Shown: in pieces, positions 27,640 to 40,179 of the stretch
Layout: each line of letters opens with the position of its first letter
Position numbering within the stretch: the first letter of the stretch is position 1
Source: the human T2T-CHM13v2.0 reference genome, Homo sapiens
Reading direction: 5' to 3' (one strand)
DNA length: 64,000 nt
Assembly: GCF_009914755.1 (NCBI RefSeq)
Contig: NC_060946.1
Position numbers and translations under genes: made by a program
Notes under the pieces: generated by a model
Databases searched by the model: none
Told to the model about the DNA's origin: nothing
Seen by the model: the letters and a program-made list of their open reading frames with translations, nothing else

Positions 27640-28650
27640 TTTTCTTTCTTTTCCTTTATTATCATGTATTTGACAAGTAAAAATATGTATTCGAGGTGCA
27701 TGACCCAGTGAATATGCCGACATACACGTGCTTTGTGGAAGGGTCACCACAATCAAGCTAATTAGCGCAGCCTCACCTCCGCCAGTCACCTTTCGAGTGA
27801 CTTTGCAGGAGAAAGCAAAGAAACAGCAAAAGAACTCAGGACCTGACTTTGTTTTTGTGTAAGGGGCCTTCACCCATTCCTGCACGGAGCCTAGGATCTT
27901 CTAGAGGACGGAGAAAATACACAGAGGCAGTCGTGATGCAGGTTTTGAAACTCACTCCGGGATGAAAGGGGAAGCTGTGAACAGCTGTTCTGCTGTGGAT
28001 TCACAGGTGCTCGTGACCTGACCAAGGACGAAGGCATCGCCAGCCTCCTCGGACCCTCGCTGGCACCCACATGTGTGCGGTCACCTGTCACCTCTTGATC
28101 CCAACCCCCTCCCCGTCCCCCTGCCCTTAACATAAAAGAGCCTGGAATTCGTGCAGACTTGAGATGGTCTCTGTGACACTCTCAGTCTGCCGTCTCCAAA
28201 GGCTGCTGACTCGAACCCGCTTTTCCTCCTGCCAGCTCTCCTCTGCCGCGTGTGGCTTTCCAGCAGGGAGCACCTGGGTTCTGTGGCAAGAGCACTTGAG
28301 GTCAGGTCACAGCAAATCCATGTACCCAACACGTTCTCCTTCACCACGGCCACCCTGCTGTCCCAAGCTTGTCACCTCCCAAGTGAGCCTTGGTGCCATT
28401 CGACCAACCTCTCCCCAGTTCCCCCCTGCCCAGCCCTTCCCCACCCTCTGCCTCTATGAACTCAACTATTTTAGCTCCCATGCACAAATTAGAACGTGGT
28501 ATTTGTCTTTCTGTGTCTGGCTTTTGTCACGAGCGCAATCGCCTCCAGGCTGTGGCAAATCTCAGGACGTCCTCCTCTTCCGAGCTGGGCAGGATGCAGG
28601 TCGCCTGTCCATTCGACATTTTCTTCGCCCCTTCCTCTGTGGACACGCCT
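27640..28650 (-). mobile_element. L1MA/MB 3' end split by an LTR insertion (pieces ~27640-27795 and ~28285-28650)
   Basis: caccacaatcaagctaattagc and gaccaacctctccccagttccccc...ggtatttgtctttctgtgtctggctt match the recalled L1MA9/MB 3'UTR in colinear order. Confidence 0.7.
27797..28283 (+). mobile_element. ERV1-type LTR (MER39/MER93-like)
   Basis: gtcacctcttgatcccaacccc...aacATAAAAgagcctggaattcgtgcagacttgagatggt resembles the TATA/R region of this group and interrupts the L1 fragment; subfamily uncertain. Confidence 0.55.
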
Positions 28651-31600
28651 GCTGGCATCATGGAGATTTTCCTGGTGCCCAGAACATGACAGAGCTTCAC
28701 TCAGTTTGAATGCATGAAAGTGTGGCTTCTCTCTGCCTCCCAGGCTGTGCTTGGGAGCTGAGAACATCTCCAGGAAGCCCACGGGCTTCCGAGTGGAGGA
28801 GGCAGGTCGCAGACGCGTGAGGCCCTGAGACTGAAGGAGCTGGAAAGGAGAAGTTCACGGGGGGCCGTTGCTCACATTGGGAGCTGTGGCCGGAGGGGCA
28901 CAAATGCTGCTTACCTGGGACTTCTCCCAAACAACAAGAGAAACACCTTGACAACAAGTCAGGTTCCGGCCCCTAGTGCCGCAGAACTGAGCCTTGACAG
29001 AGCTCACACCAAACGTGGCTCAAACTCACTGACCCCAGCACCTGCTCCCTGTTCAGCAGGAATTGTCTCCTTGGTAGAGATCCTGTCAAGAACTTTCCCA
29101 CTGTTCCCATTAATCCCAGAGGCAAGCTCCCCCCGCTTTCCAGGCATGTTTTTATGTAAACAAAGTGGTTAATTAGACAATTCGCTAAGCTGTTTAAAAT
29201 GCATTTTGCTTTAAAAGAACAAGTAATCACAATATAAAAATCACAGCATTTCTAATATGTCAACTAATTCCTCCATCATATTTTTAGAAACAAATGGATT
29301 CACATAATTTATTAATATGCCTCTTCTAATTTCATTCATAAATAAGTAATTGCATCTTAACTCCCATTTGATAGATGGGAAAGATTGCAGAGCTGGGAAA
29401 ACAGGAATTGTTGCACCCTTTGGGGGAAAATCAGGGAGGAAAGAGCCAGGTCGGGGCTGTGGGCCCTCGGGGGATTCTGGGGAAGCTGCTGTCTGTGTGT
29501 GTTCCCCATGGCCCGGTCACAGAGCTATCCTCACGGGCGTGGTTCTAGTCTGTGAACATGACCCGTATTTTTGATCAATTCTAATTATAAATATTAATCA
29601 AAAAGGAGAAGGAAGGCGAACTCCAGGCATTTGAGGCAATAGGCATCTGGCTGAAGTTGTCATTAGCTGGGTCACTGACAGCCCCACAGCGGCCGGCCGA
29701 CCACACAGGTCAGCCACGGTGGATGCCAGGTTCCCCAGACCAAGGGCTGCCAGGAGCGGAGGCACTCATTTGCAGCCGAATCCTCAGGAAATGCCCTCAG
29801 CGAAAACCAGCCACCTCCACCAAGGTCAGGTCGACCCCGAAATGCTGGATGAATGTGCACACTCGCTGGGGCACCCTCCTCTTCCTCCCCTGCACAAAGA
29901 GCACTGCAGCCGAACCCCAGCCTCAGGCCACGGCCAGCACCGCAGAGCCACAGGGCAGACGCCGTGCACACCAGACCTGCTGGGCCACAGCCAGGCCCGG
30001 GTGGTGAAGGACGGGGACCCAGGCCTCAGGATGGGGAAGGTGGTGGAGGCCCTGCTCTGAGCCTTCTAAGCTGGAGGCCCCGGCTTAGGGGCCATGCATG
30101 GTCCCACCTTTCGGGTAACACCTCCCCACCCCAGGGCCTGCCCCCAGCTGCTCCTGAACATGCCTGTCCCTGGAAGTGCACCACATGGAATCTTCCAGAA
30201 GGTACCTGCTGAGAGAGGGAAGGGACGTCCATGGTCCTGCAGGGCTGAGAGCCGTCAAGGGAGACAGGCACAGCACATAAGCAATGCCAGTGACGCAGGA
30301 GAGCGAGAGCCCAGCTCAGCCCACGCCGGGGACCAAAGGCCCTGAGAAGTGACCGTGCTGGTAGGCGTGGTGTAAGGCTGGACACTGCCGGCTGACCTGC
30401 TCCCGGGGGCCCAGGAGACCCTGCACTGGCCACTGGGAAGAGTGGGCAGCAGCAGCCTCCCTGGAAGCTGGGGTGGCCGGGCGGTGTGGGCAGGGCTGGC
30501 GGCCAGACACCATCACAGAGCCGGGCCCCTGATGGCAGAAGGGGGCCTGACTGTCAGAAGGAAGGCAGGGCCGTTGTGGGGCTGAGCAGCAGACTGAGTG
30601 GTGTACCGGGGCCTGCCCCACAGAGGTGGGAGTGAAAGCCGGTAGCACCCAAGCCCCGGGGGCAGGAGAGGTGGGCAGCAGCTCCACCCACCCCACTAAG
30701 GCAGTCAAGACGGAGGCTGGGGCCACAGGCAGCTGCCCAGCAAACCCAGCATCCCACGCAGCCTCCCCCCTGGGGCAGGTTCCAGATGCAGAATCCAGAC
30801 AGGAGAGGGGAAGAAAGAACCCTAAATGCACAGAAGCCTTGGGCAAGGGTCCCCCTGGCCCTCCCAAGGGGCGCTGGGGAGGAAGGGTCTGTCCAAACGG
30901 TCAGGGCAGTGGGCTGGGGACAGAGCAGACGCCAGCATCAGGGAACTGCAGCCCCGCCGCGCCCCCATAGAGCAGAGCAGGGAACGGGAAATGAATGGGG
31001 ACCTTCCAGACGGAGCTCACGGAACTCCCAGAGGTCATTTCCCAGATCCCCAATACGTCACTGGAATAGCCCAGTTGTCCTGACCTGTAGGGAAGACCAT
31101 GTGGAACCTTCCAGAATGTCCCTTTCCCACCCAGCTGAGCAAGGGAGACAGTGGGAGAGACAGAAACCTAGACACAGTGAGATAAAGACAGACATAGAGA
31201 CAGTGACACAGAGAGACAGTGAATCAAATGCATTGTCACGCCCCAGGTGGACGGCAGAGGCCGGCCCCCACATAAATCCTGAGGGGTGCAGAGGGGCCTG
31301 GTCCTCCCCCAGTCAGTTCCCAAGTCTGGCCTCTGCAAATCCAGCAGGCCCTGGATGGGGCAGTGGCTATGGCTGACGGACCTGCCAGTAACCCAGGGGC
31401 CCTGTGCCCCGTGACGGCTGCATAGGATGCAAGCTCTGGACTTGGGCAATCTCTGAGGAGCCACCCCAGCCCCAGAGCCCCCGCTGGGCAGGTGAGGCCT
31501 CTGCTGTGCCCCGTCCTGGCCTTCTCCCCACAGCTGCCAGCCAGGCCACTCCCCAACAGACAAACCTGCCACATCTGTATTGGACCCACGTGCTGCAGAG

Positions 31601-32057
31601 CTCAGGGACATCTGTGGTGACCTGGTCAAGTGTGTCAAGCCAGGTGGCTGTAGGCAAACTGCCCACTGTTGCTCTAAATCATCTCCCACCACCTCAAAGC
31701 TGCCCCCGGTCACTGGTGCCACTGGAGGAAGGTTCTGGGAGGTCCCACGTTGGGTGAGGGACACAGGGTCACAGACACTGGCCTTGTGGGCGCTTTGCCC
31801 CCTCTCCCCTTGGCCTGAGAGCAAGCTGGTCCCATGCCTGGGGGCCGCAACCGAGAGCCAGGCCCCCTACAGATGTAGCGCCCCTTCCGAGGACTCCTGG
31901 CACCTTGAGCTTCCCAGGGCCTGGGGATGCCGCTCTCCCGCCCATGAGTCCACCTCGCAGAAACCCTCAAGTGCCACCCAGACCCTACTCAAGTCCGGGC
32001 CCCTCGCTTACGACTCTCCCTCCCATCCTCCACTCTCCTGGCCTCTCCCCAGGGCCC

Positions 32058-32477
32058 TGCTCGGGGCTGCTGACCTTTGGGAGGGAGGCACAGTGATGCT
32101 CTGGGTGCTGACCTTTGTGGGGAGGGCACAGTGATGCTCGGGGTGCTGACCTTTGTGGGGAGGGCACAGTGATGCTCGGCGTGCTTACCTTTGTGGGGAG
32201 GGCACAGTGATGCTCGGGGTGCTGACCTTTGTGGGGAGGGCACAGTGATGCTCCGGGTGCTGACCTTTGGGAGGGAGGGCACAGTGATGCTCGGGGTGCT
32301 GACCTTTGTGGGGAGGGCACAGTGATGCTCGGGGTGCTGACCTTTGTGGGGAGGGCACAGTGATGCTCGGGGCCGCTGACCTTTGAGGGGAGGGCACAGT
32401 GATGCTCGGGGCTGCTGACCTTTGTGGGGAGAGCACAGTGATGCTCGGGGTGCTGACCTTTGGGAGGAGGCACAGTG
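32058..32477. repeat. Minisatellite, 38-bp unit, 11 copies
   Basis: Unit ctcggggtgctgacctttgtggggagggcacagtgatg. Confidence 0.97.
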
Positions 32478-33084
32478 CCTGGAGGATGGGCATCTCCTCA
32501 CTGGCCCTTCTATCCAGGCCCCTTGCCAAGCACAGGGGATGTGCACAGCGTGCGTTTATGAACTGAGAGCAGAAGCAACAGCAGCCACAGGCTCCCGCAT
32601 CCCCCTTGTGCCCTGAAAGCACCTCGGTCCAGGGGTCAGGCTGGGTCCACAGCTCCCGTTGGTGGCCTGGGCTCAGCGGCCCCCAGCTTTTCCTGGAAGA
32701 CGCAGCACAAAAAACTGATGAGGCCGGCCAGGCTCCCTCCAGAGCCCTCAGGGACGCAGGAGGCCACCAAGACCAGAGGAACATAAATCTCATGGCCTTG
32801 GACACTGCCCAGTTGTAAATATATTTTTCGCCCCTCCATTTATCACAGCTGCCTCTGATGACACCCACCTGGTGTGGGGCCAGTTGTCGTAGCTGCCCTC
32901 CTCAGCACCTCCCCGCAGGATTGTCCCCAATCCATCTCTGACAGCGTCTGCAGACAGGAGCACAAAGCTGCCACCAGCCCCCAAACGGCCACCCTGACGC
33001 CGGGCTGACGGCGCCATCCTGGGACAATCTCTGCCTGGGCACCAGGCCTCACTCCAGGAACCTTCTGCTGTGAGGTCTTTGGGC

Positions 33085-33218
33085 ACCCTCTCCCTGTTAG
33101 CCCACTTCCCATCCCTGCTTCCACCTTTGGGACCTTCTCCCTGTTAGCCCACTTCCCATCCCTGCTCCCACATTTAGGACCCTCTCCCTGTTGGCCCACT
33201 TCCCATCCTGTTCCCACC
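33085..33218. repeat. 3-copy tandem repeat, 47-bp unit
   Basis: acc(c/t)tctccctgtt(a/g)gcccacttcccatcc at 33085, 33132 and 33179. Confidence 0.9.
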
Positions 33219-33339
33219 AGAGGAAGTGCCTTCTGGGGCGACATTTCTGAGCCACCGATGCTACACATTTAGTACTAACCCAAGCCATAAACCGTTTGTA
33301 TCCATTTAAAGTGTTGAAAGGATAAAACCAACAACCTAT

Positions 33340-34395
<1,056 letters not shown>

Positions 34396-35207
34396 CAACC
34401 CCACCCCACCCTGGGGGGTCTCCCCAGCCCCTGTTGTCTCCTGCCCCTGTCCCAAGACCTCTGGACCCACCCCCGGCACCCCCCTTGGCTGCACAGGGGA
34501 CATTGCGGTTGTTAAACATGGTTGCAGTGGTGGCCCAGGCCCATCCCAGGGAGACACTGGGCTTCCCTGCCACAGAGCCGTGGGCCTGAAAGCACCATCT
34601 GGAGGGGTCTGCTCCTGCCTGTGCAGCATGGTGGGAGCTGACCCCACAGTGCAGTGCGGCTCCAGGTCCAGCCTCTAAGGAGGGGAGGGGCTTGGATGTG
34701 CCTGACCCACCCACTGAGGCGCAGGGTGGGGAGACCAGGGTGTGGTCATGTCAGGCTGGGGGGCCAGCTCCTCCTGAGCAGAGTGGGATCACCTGTGACC
34801 CATCCACAGCAAGGTCGGAGAGGTGGGCATGGCGAGGCTGCCTCCCAGCTCACCAGAGAGAGTTTCACCAACATCATCAAAGCCTTCCACGTCCACTGTG
34901 CACATAAGCCTCTCTCAGAACGATCAGGAGCTCAGTCGGTCAGTGGCACCGTTCTCAGCCAAGGACTTCGTGGAGCCCGGCCCATTTACATAGGTAACAA
35001 GAAGGTAAATTTTCATCTGATGCCTACACTTTGACACAGGCTCCTTCTCAAACATCTCCTGCGGACGGAAGGCAAGTGTCAGGCAGCACCACTCAGCCCG
35101 GCCACACCAAGGAGACAGGAGGGAGTTCCTCCCACCAGGAGGGCAGGGGTGGGGGACGAGGACACCCAGCCAGGCCATCCACAGCGAGGATGAGGTGGGA
35201 CCCACCC

Positions 35208-35390
35208 ACAGGCCCATGCTCCGTGCACAGGGGATCCATCCACAGACCCATGCTCCATGCAGGGGGGGATCCACCCGGGGGCCCACGCTCCGTGCAGGGG
35301 GGGATCCACCCGGGGGGCCCACGCTCCGTGCAGAGGGGGATCCACCCAGGGGCCCATGCTCCATGCAGGGGGCTCCATCCACAGGCTCCA
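35208..35390. repeat. Minisatellite, ~36-bp unit, ~5 copies
   Basis: gccca(c/t)gctcc(g/a)tgcagggggggatccacccgggg. Confidence 0.9.
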
Positions 35391-35944
35391 CTCCAAACTG
35401 TACGTTTTGGATGTAAACGGTTTCCTTTCCAGTTTTTCCCAGGCAGGTAGGAATTCAGGCGAACATACAGGATCCCTGGGGGACTGTTGGACGAGGGTCC
35501 CGCCCGCCGCTGGAATCTCAGAAAGAATGAGTCAGGGCTCGGGACCCCCACAAAGGCAGGGCAGGGGTGCCCCCCCAGGGGCTGGAGAGGAAAAGCTGAG
35601 AGTCAGAGAATGGGCAACAGGGCACGAGACAGGGCAGCTGGAGACAGGAGGGATGGTCGGGTCAACCCCGGGCACCGCCCAGGAACATGGGTCATCCCTG
35701 CCAGGGAACTCAGGGGCAGGTGGCTGAGGAGGCCTTCCAGGTTCTCTCAGTGGGGGATGAAGCCCTCACGCCAACCAGGCTCACAGATCCCAGAGGAGGC
35801 AGAGGCAGGAAGCTCGGCTTGAGCTGCCCAGGTCTCTGGGAGGCTCCTGTCCTGTTTCAGGCTCCTCAGCCCAGCAATGTCACCACACTGCCCTCACAGG
35901 GAAGGGACAGGGAAATGGCACATGCAGCTGTTTGGGTACAAAAG

Positions 35945-36108
35945 CCCAGGCAGAGCCCAAGATGCAGAATGAATGAATGGGAGTGAGGCGGGGGGGCCCT
36001 CACGGTCGGCCCACCCATGACTCCAGGCCCCAGGCAGGGCCCAGGATGCACAATGGATGGGAGCGAGGCAGGGGGGCCCCTTGTAGTCGGCCCACCCATG
36101 ACTCCAGG
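35945..36108. repeat. 2-copy tandem duplication, ~84-bp unit
   Basis: cccaggcag.gccca.gatgca...gtcggcccacccatgactccagg twice. Confidence 0.85.
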
Positions 36109-37079
36109 ACCGCGGCTCCCGGCTCTGGGACCGGCTGGGACAAAGGGAACACCGCCCACTCTGACACTCATGGAAAGGATTCGGATCAGCCCACAGACCT
36201 CCTACAGGCAGGGACCCCCACATCTGCCACCCGACAGAGAATCGGCCGCTTAAGTCTCCAGGATGAGAGGCAGCTGGGTCGTAAATTGGCTTCTCACTTT
36301 TGGGGACCCTAAGTGTAGCATTTCCTTTAACTTGAGCCAAACCCTTTGTCCCAGAATATCTTTGCTCCTATTTCCCCGGCCCCCTGACTGCACCGGACAC
36401 CCCCTGAAACGAGAGCATTGCCTCAAGCACTGCAGGTGGCACTGAGTCCTTCTCAGTCCTCCAGACCTCGCCCTCTGTGGGAACACCCCCCATCACTGCC
36501 TTCCAGGGCGGCCACTGTCGTCTGCGCTCGTGGCTCCCATGCTCATCCTCACTCAGCAAATTGCAATCAGCTCCGACAATGGCCTAGTTAAGGGCACCCA
36601 CCCAATGACGCCCCGGCTGTGCATACAGGAAGCGTCGTTGCCAACCGGACACATTGCTGCCAGAAACAACTGAGTGTGTTTTGGAGACGCCTCCTAATTG
36701 AACTGATGCACTCAGGAATCTGGGTGGTGGAGGCCAGCTCCCTGCAGGGAAGGCCACCCCGCCTTCCAGGCCTCCTAATTAGGACTGAATGCTTCATTTT
36801 CTCTGCAGGCAGGCAGGGGTCATGGGTCAAGCGCTGAGACTTACTCCGTAATTCGAGTTAATGAAGGATTCCCAGGGGCAGCTCTGTGCATGCATCCAGG
36901 AGGCGCGCGGCCTCTGGCGGAGCCTGACAGCTGTGGGTGGACGGCAGCAAGCACACCTTTAATTGCTGCCAAATTTTAGTCCTAGGTCTTAATGACAGCA
37001 GCCCTGGCTCCAGAGCGTGAGGCTCTCTGGGAGAGTCAGGGGCTCCATGTGGGGGGCTCCGCTGTGTGAGTGGGAGGAG

Positions 37080-37145
37080 CACAGAGCAAGATGATGGGCA
37101 GCGGCTGGAGGTCACAGAGCAAGATGATGGGCAGCGGCTGGAGGT
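37080..37145. repeat. Perfect 2-copy duplication, 33 bp
   Basis: cacagagcaagatgatgggcagcggctggaggt at 37080 and 37113. Confidence 0.95.
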
Positions 37146-37289
37146 CCCAGAGCCCCACCCAGAGCCAGCAATGCCTCCTGGGCTGGACTGGAGGCTGCTG
37201 TGTGGGTCCCTGTTCACTGAGCCTGCAGGAGGCAGAGAATGGGGAGAGTCCGTGCTCCTCTCAGACCCTGTCACAGAACAAACAGCACT

Positions 37290-37850
37290 GGGCTGGAGCA
37301 GGGAGGCTGGGGTGCACGGCGGGGCTGGAGCAGCGAGGTTCGGGTGCAAGGCTGGGCTGGAGCAGCGAGGCTGGGGTGCAAGGCTGGGCTGGAGCAGCGA
37401 GGCTGGGATGCAAGGCTGGGCTGGAGCAGCGAGGCTGGGATGCAAGGCTGGGCTGGAACAGGAAGGCTGAGGTGCAGGGCTAGGCTGGAGCAGGGAAGCT
37501 GGGGTACAGGGCCGGGTTGGAGCAGGGAGTCTAGGGTGCAGGATTCTAGGGTGCAGGATTGGGCTGGAGCAGACAGGCTGGGGTGCAGGGCTCGGCTGGA
37601 GCAGGGAGGCTGGGGTGCAGGGCTGGGTTGGAACAGGGAGGCTGGGGTTCAGGGCTGGGTTCAAACAGGGAGGCTGGGGTGCAGGGCTGGGTTGGAACAG
37701 GGAGGCTGGGGTTCAGGGCTGGGTTCAAACAGGGAGGCTGGGGTGCAGGGCTGGGTTGGAACAGGAAGGCTGGGGTGCAGGGCTGGGTTGGAACAGGGAG
37801 GCTGGGGTGCAGGGCTGGGTTGGAACAGGGAGGCTGGGGTGCAGGGCTGG
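37290..37850. repeat. G-rich minisatellite, 32-bp unit, ~17 copies
   Basis: Unit gggctgggttggaacagggaggctggggtgca. Confidence 0.95.
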
Positions 37851-39405
37851 CCAGCCTCAGAACATGTGTGAGCCTCCACCCTGGCAGGTGGAGGCGTGGG
37901 CTCCCTGCTGGGCCACTCAGATGGATCTACTGTTTTCTCATGAGCTCATCCCTTCCGGCCTGTGAGGCCCACGGGCAGGGCTTTAATCCCCTATGTGCTG
38001 TTTCCAGAGCCTTCTCCCTGGCCCAGCTCCAGGCAGCCTCTCCAACCCCTTAGATTCTGCTGGACACACATATGGCCCTTGAGCCACAGAGGGTGGTAAT
38101 GCCCGCGGCCCCTGTGCGTCCACAGGGCAGGTGCTGGCCAGGCCTCCTCCCTGCTTCAGTCCCCAGAGGAGACCTCGAGCCACAGACCAGTCCCTGTCCC
38201 TTCAGGGTGGGGTTAGTTCTGCAATCCCCCTGCCCACAGCCCCACCCCACAGAAACGTCCACCACGAGCCTTGGTAGTCACGCCCGGAGCCCGATGGAGA
38301 CCAGCGGCTCTGAGCTCCCGGGAAAGTGGCCGGGGCCTGGGCCCTGTTCCCAGGAAGCTCAGCAAGGCTCCGTGCCCCACAACCTGGAGGGGTGGGAGGG
38401 GAGTCTGGGTTGGGATGGCTGCACCCTTGGCCCTTGGGGAGGAGCCCCCCACTACCACCCCCGGCAAGACCAGAAAGAAGCCTGGGTGTTGGGGGGAGGA
38501 GTTCAGGGAACCAAGCTCTGCGCAGACTCAGCGGGAGGATTTGGAATCGGAGCTGGAGTGTGGGGACGCCGGACAGATACCAGGGTATCTACGCACCCGG
38601 GAGAAGGGCCCAGAACGAGCGGGTGCTGGGACAGTCAGGAGCAGCCCTGGGAGGCGAGGTCACAGACGGGGTAACAATGAGGGCCCTGAGCACTCTGCTC
38701 TTCCCTGGATGGGGTCTGGGTTCCACGAAGCTGCCTATCCCAGGCCTCTGCAGCAGCTGCACGGGCAGAGCTGCCTCCCTCCAGCAAGGAGTAGGCGGGC
38801 ACCACGTGGGCCCTGGGCACCCTCCGCAGGGGCTCCAGCTCCCACAAGGGGCTGCCCCATGGGCTCTGAGGAGCTACAGGCTCCTTCCCAGAAAGAAGCC
38901 CAGGAGTCAGCAGCTAATCCTCCCTCTTCCTCTGGAGCCCCCAGGGAAGGCAGGAGCCAGTGTGCCCCTCCATGACCCCATGCCCTATAGGGACTCCTGT
39001 GGGGAAGGAATCTGGCCTCATCTACAGCTCCACAAGCCCCAGGGTGCATCTGAGCTGGGACCAGCCCCTCTGAGGGGCTCACCCTGAGCACCTTCCTTGG
39101 CAAGGCAAGTGTTTGGGACGCATCCTTCTGGGGAAACAGTGCTATGCTCTTCTCTGTTTCTCTGAAGATTTGAACTGAGGCCGGTTGCTCTGCCTGTGGG
39201 TATGATGCTTCGGACAGCACCTGGCTCTGAGGACAGAGGCCCTGGACCCAAGCCACGCGGGCCCACCTTCTCCTGAAGATCTGGGCTAACTGGGAAGCAA
39301 AAATAATTACTCTTGTGCCAAAATGTCCTTGTAATTAGCAGTTCTGGAAGATAAATTGAAATATGTGATTTTTCAGGGTCCAGCCGGCCTCGGGACTGAA
39401 CCCCA

Positions 39406-40148
39406 GTGTGTGTGTGTTTCAGGGCACAAGCATGTGTGTTTCAGGACACGCGGGGTGCAAGTGTTTCGGGGCATACGCGTGTGTTTCAGGGCACACCGGG
39501 TGCAGGTGTTTCGGGGCACACGTGTTTCAGGACACACGGAATGCAGGTATTTCGGGGCACATGTGTGTGCTTCAGGGCACACCGGGTGCAGGTGTTTTGG
39601 GGCACACGTGTATTTCAGGACACACAGTGTGCAGGTGTTTTGGGGCACACGCGTGTTTCAGGGCACGCCGGGTGCAGGTGTTTCAGGGCACACATGTGTT
39701 TCAGGACACACGGAGTGCAGGTATTTCAGGGCACACACGTGTGTTTCAGGGCACGCCGGGTGCAGGTGTTTCGGGGCACACGTATTTCAGGACACACAGC
39801 GTGCAGGTGTTTTGGGGCACACGCGTTTCAGGGCACGCCGGGTGCAGGTGTTTCGGGGCACACATGTGTTTCAGGACACACGGAATGCAGGTATTTCGGG
39901 GCACACGCGTGTGTTTCAGGGCACGCCGGGTGCAGGTGTTTTGGGGCACACACGTATTTCAGGACACACAGCGTGCAGGTGTTTTGGGGCACACGCATGT
40001 TTCGGGGCACGCCGGGTGCAGGTGTTTCGGGGCACACGTGTTTCAGGACACACGGAGTGCAGGTATTTCAGGGCACACGCGTGTTTCAGGGCACGCCAGG
40101 TGCAGGTGTTTTGGGGCACACGCGTGTTTCGGGGCACACCAGGATGCA
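39406..40148. repeat. Minisatellite, ~43-bp monomers in a ~172-bp higher-order unit
   Basis: The gacacacgga(a/g)tgcaggtatt variant recurs at 39531, 39705, 39875 and 40047. Confidence 0.95.
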
Positions 40149-40179
40149 GATCTCTTACTGGGTGCAAAGCCCCCAACTC

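Noticed and set aside
32058-32477. Array of V(D)J recombination signals (CACAGTG in each unit)
   Set aside because: No ACAAAAACC-like nonamer at 12 or 23 bp; heptamer only.
31168-32868. Real protein from ORFs 31168..31824 and 32185..32868
   Set aside because: Partly VNTR and low-complexity, no domain, weak acceptor; treated as a lncRNA-associated putative ORF only.
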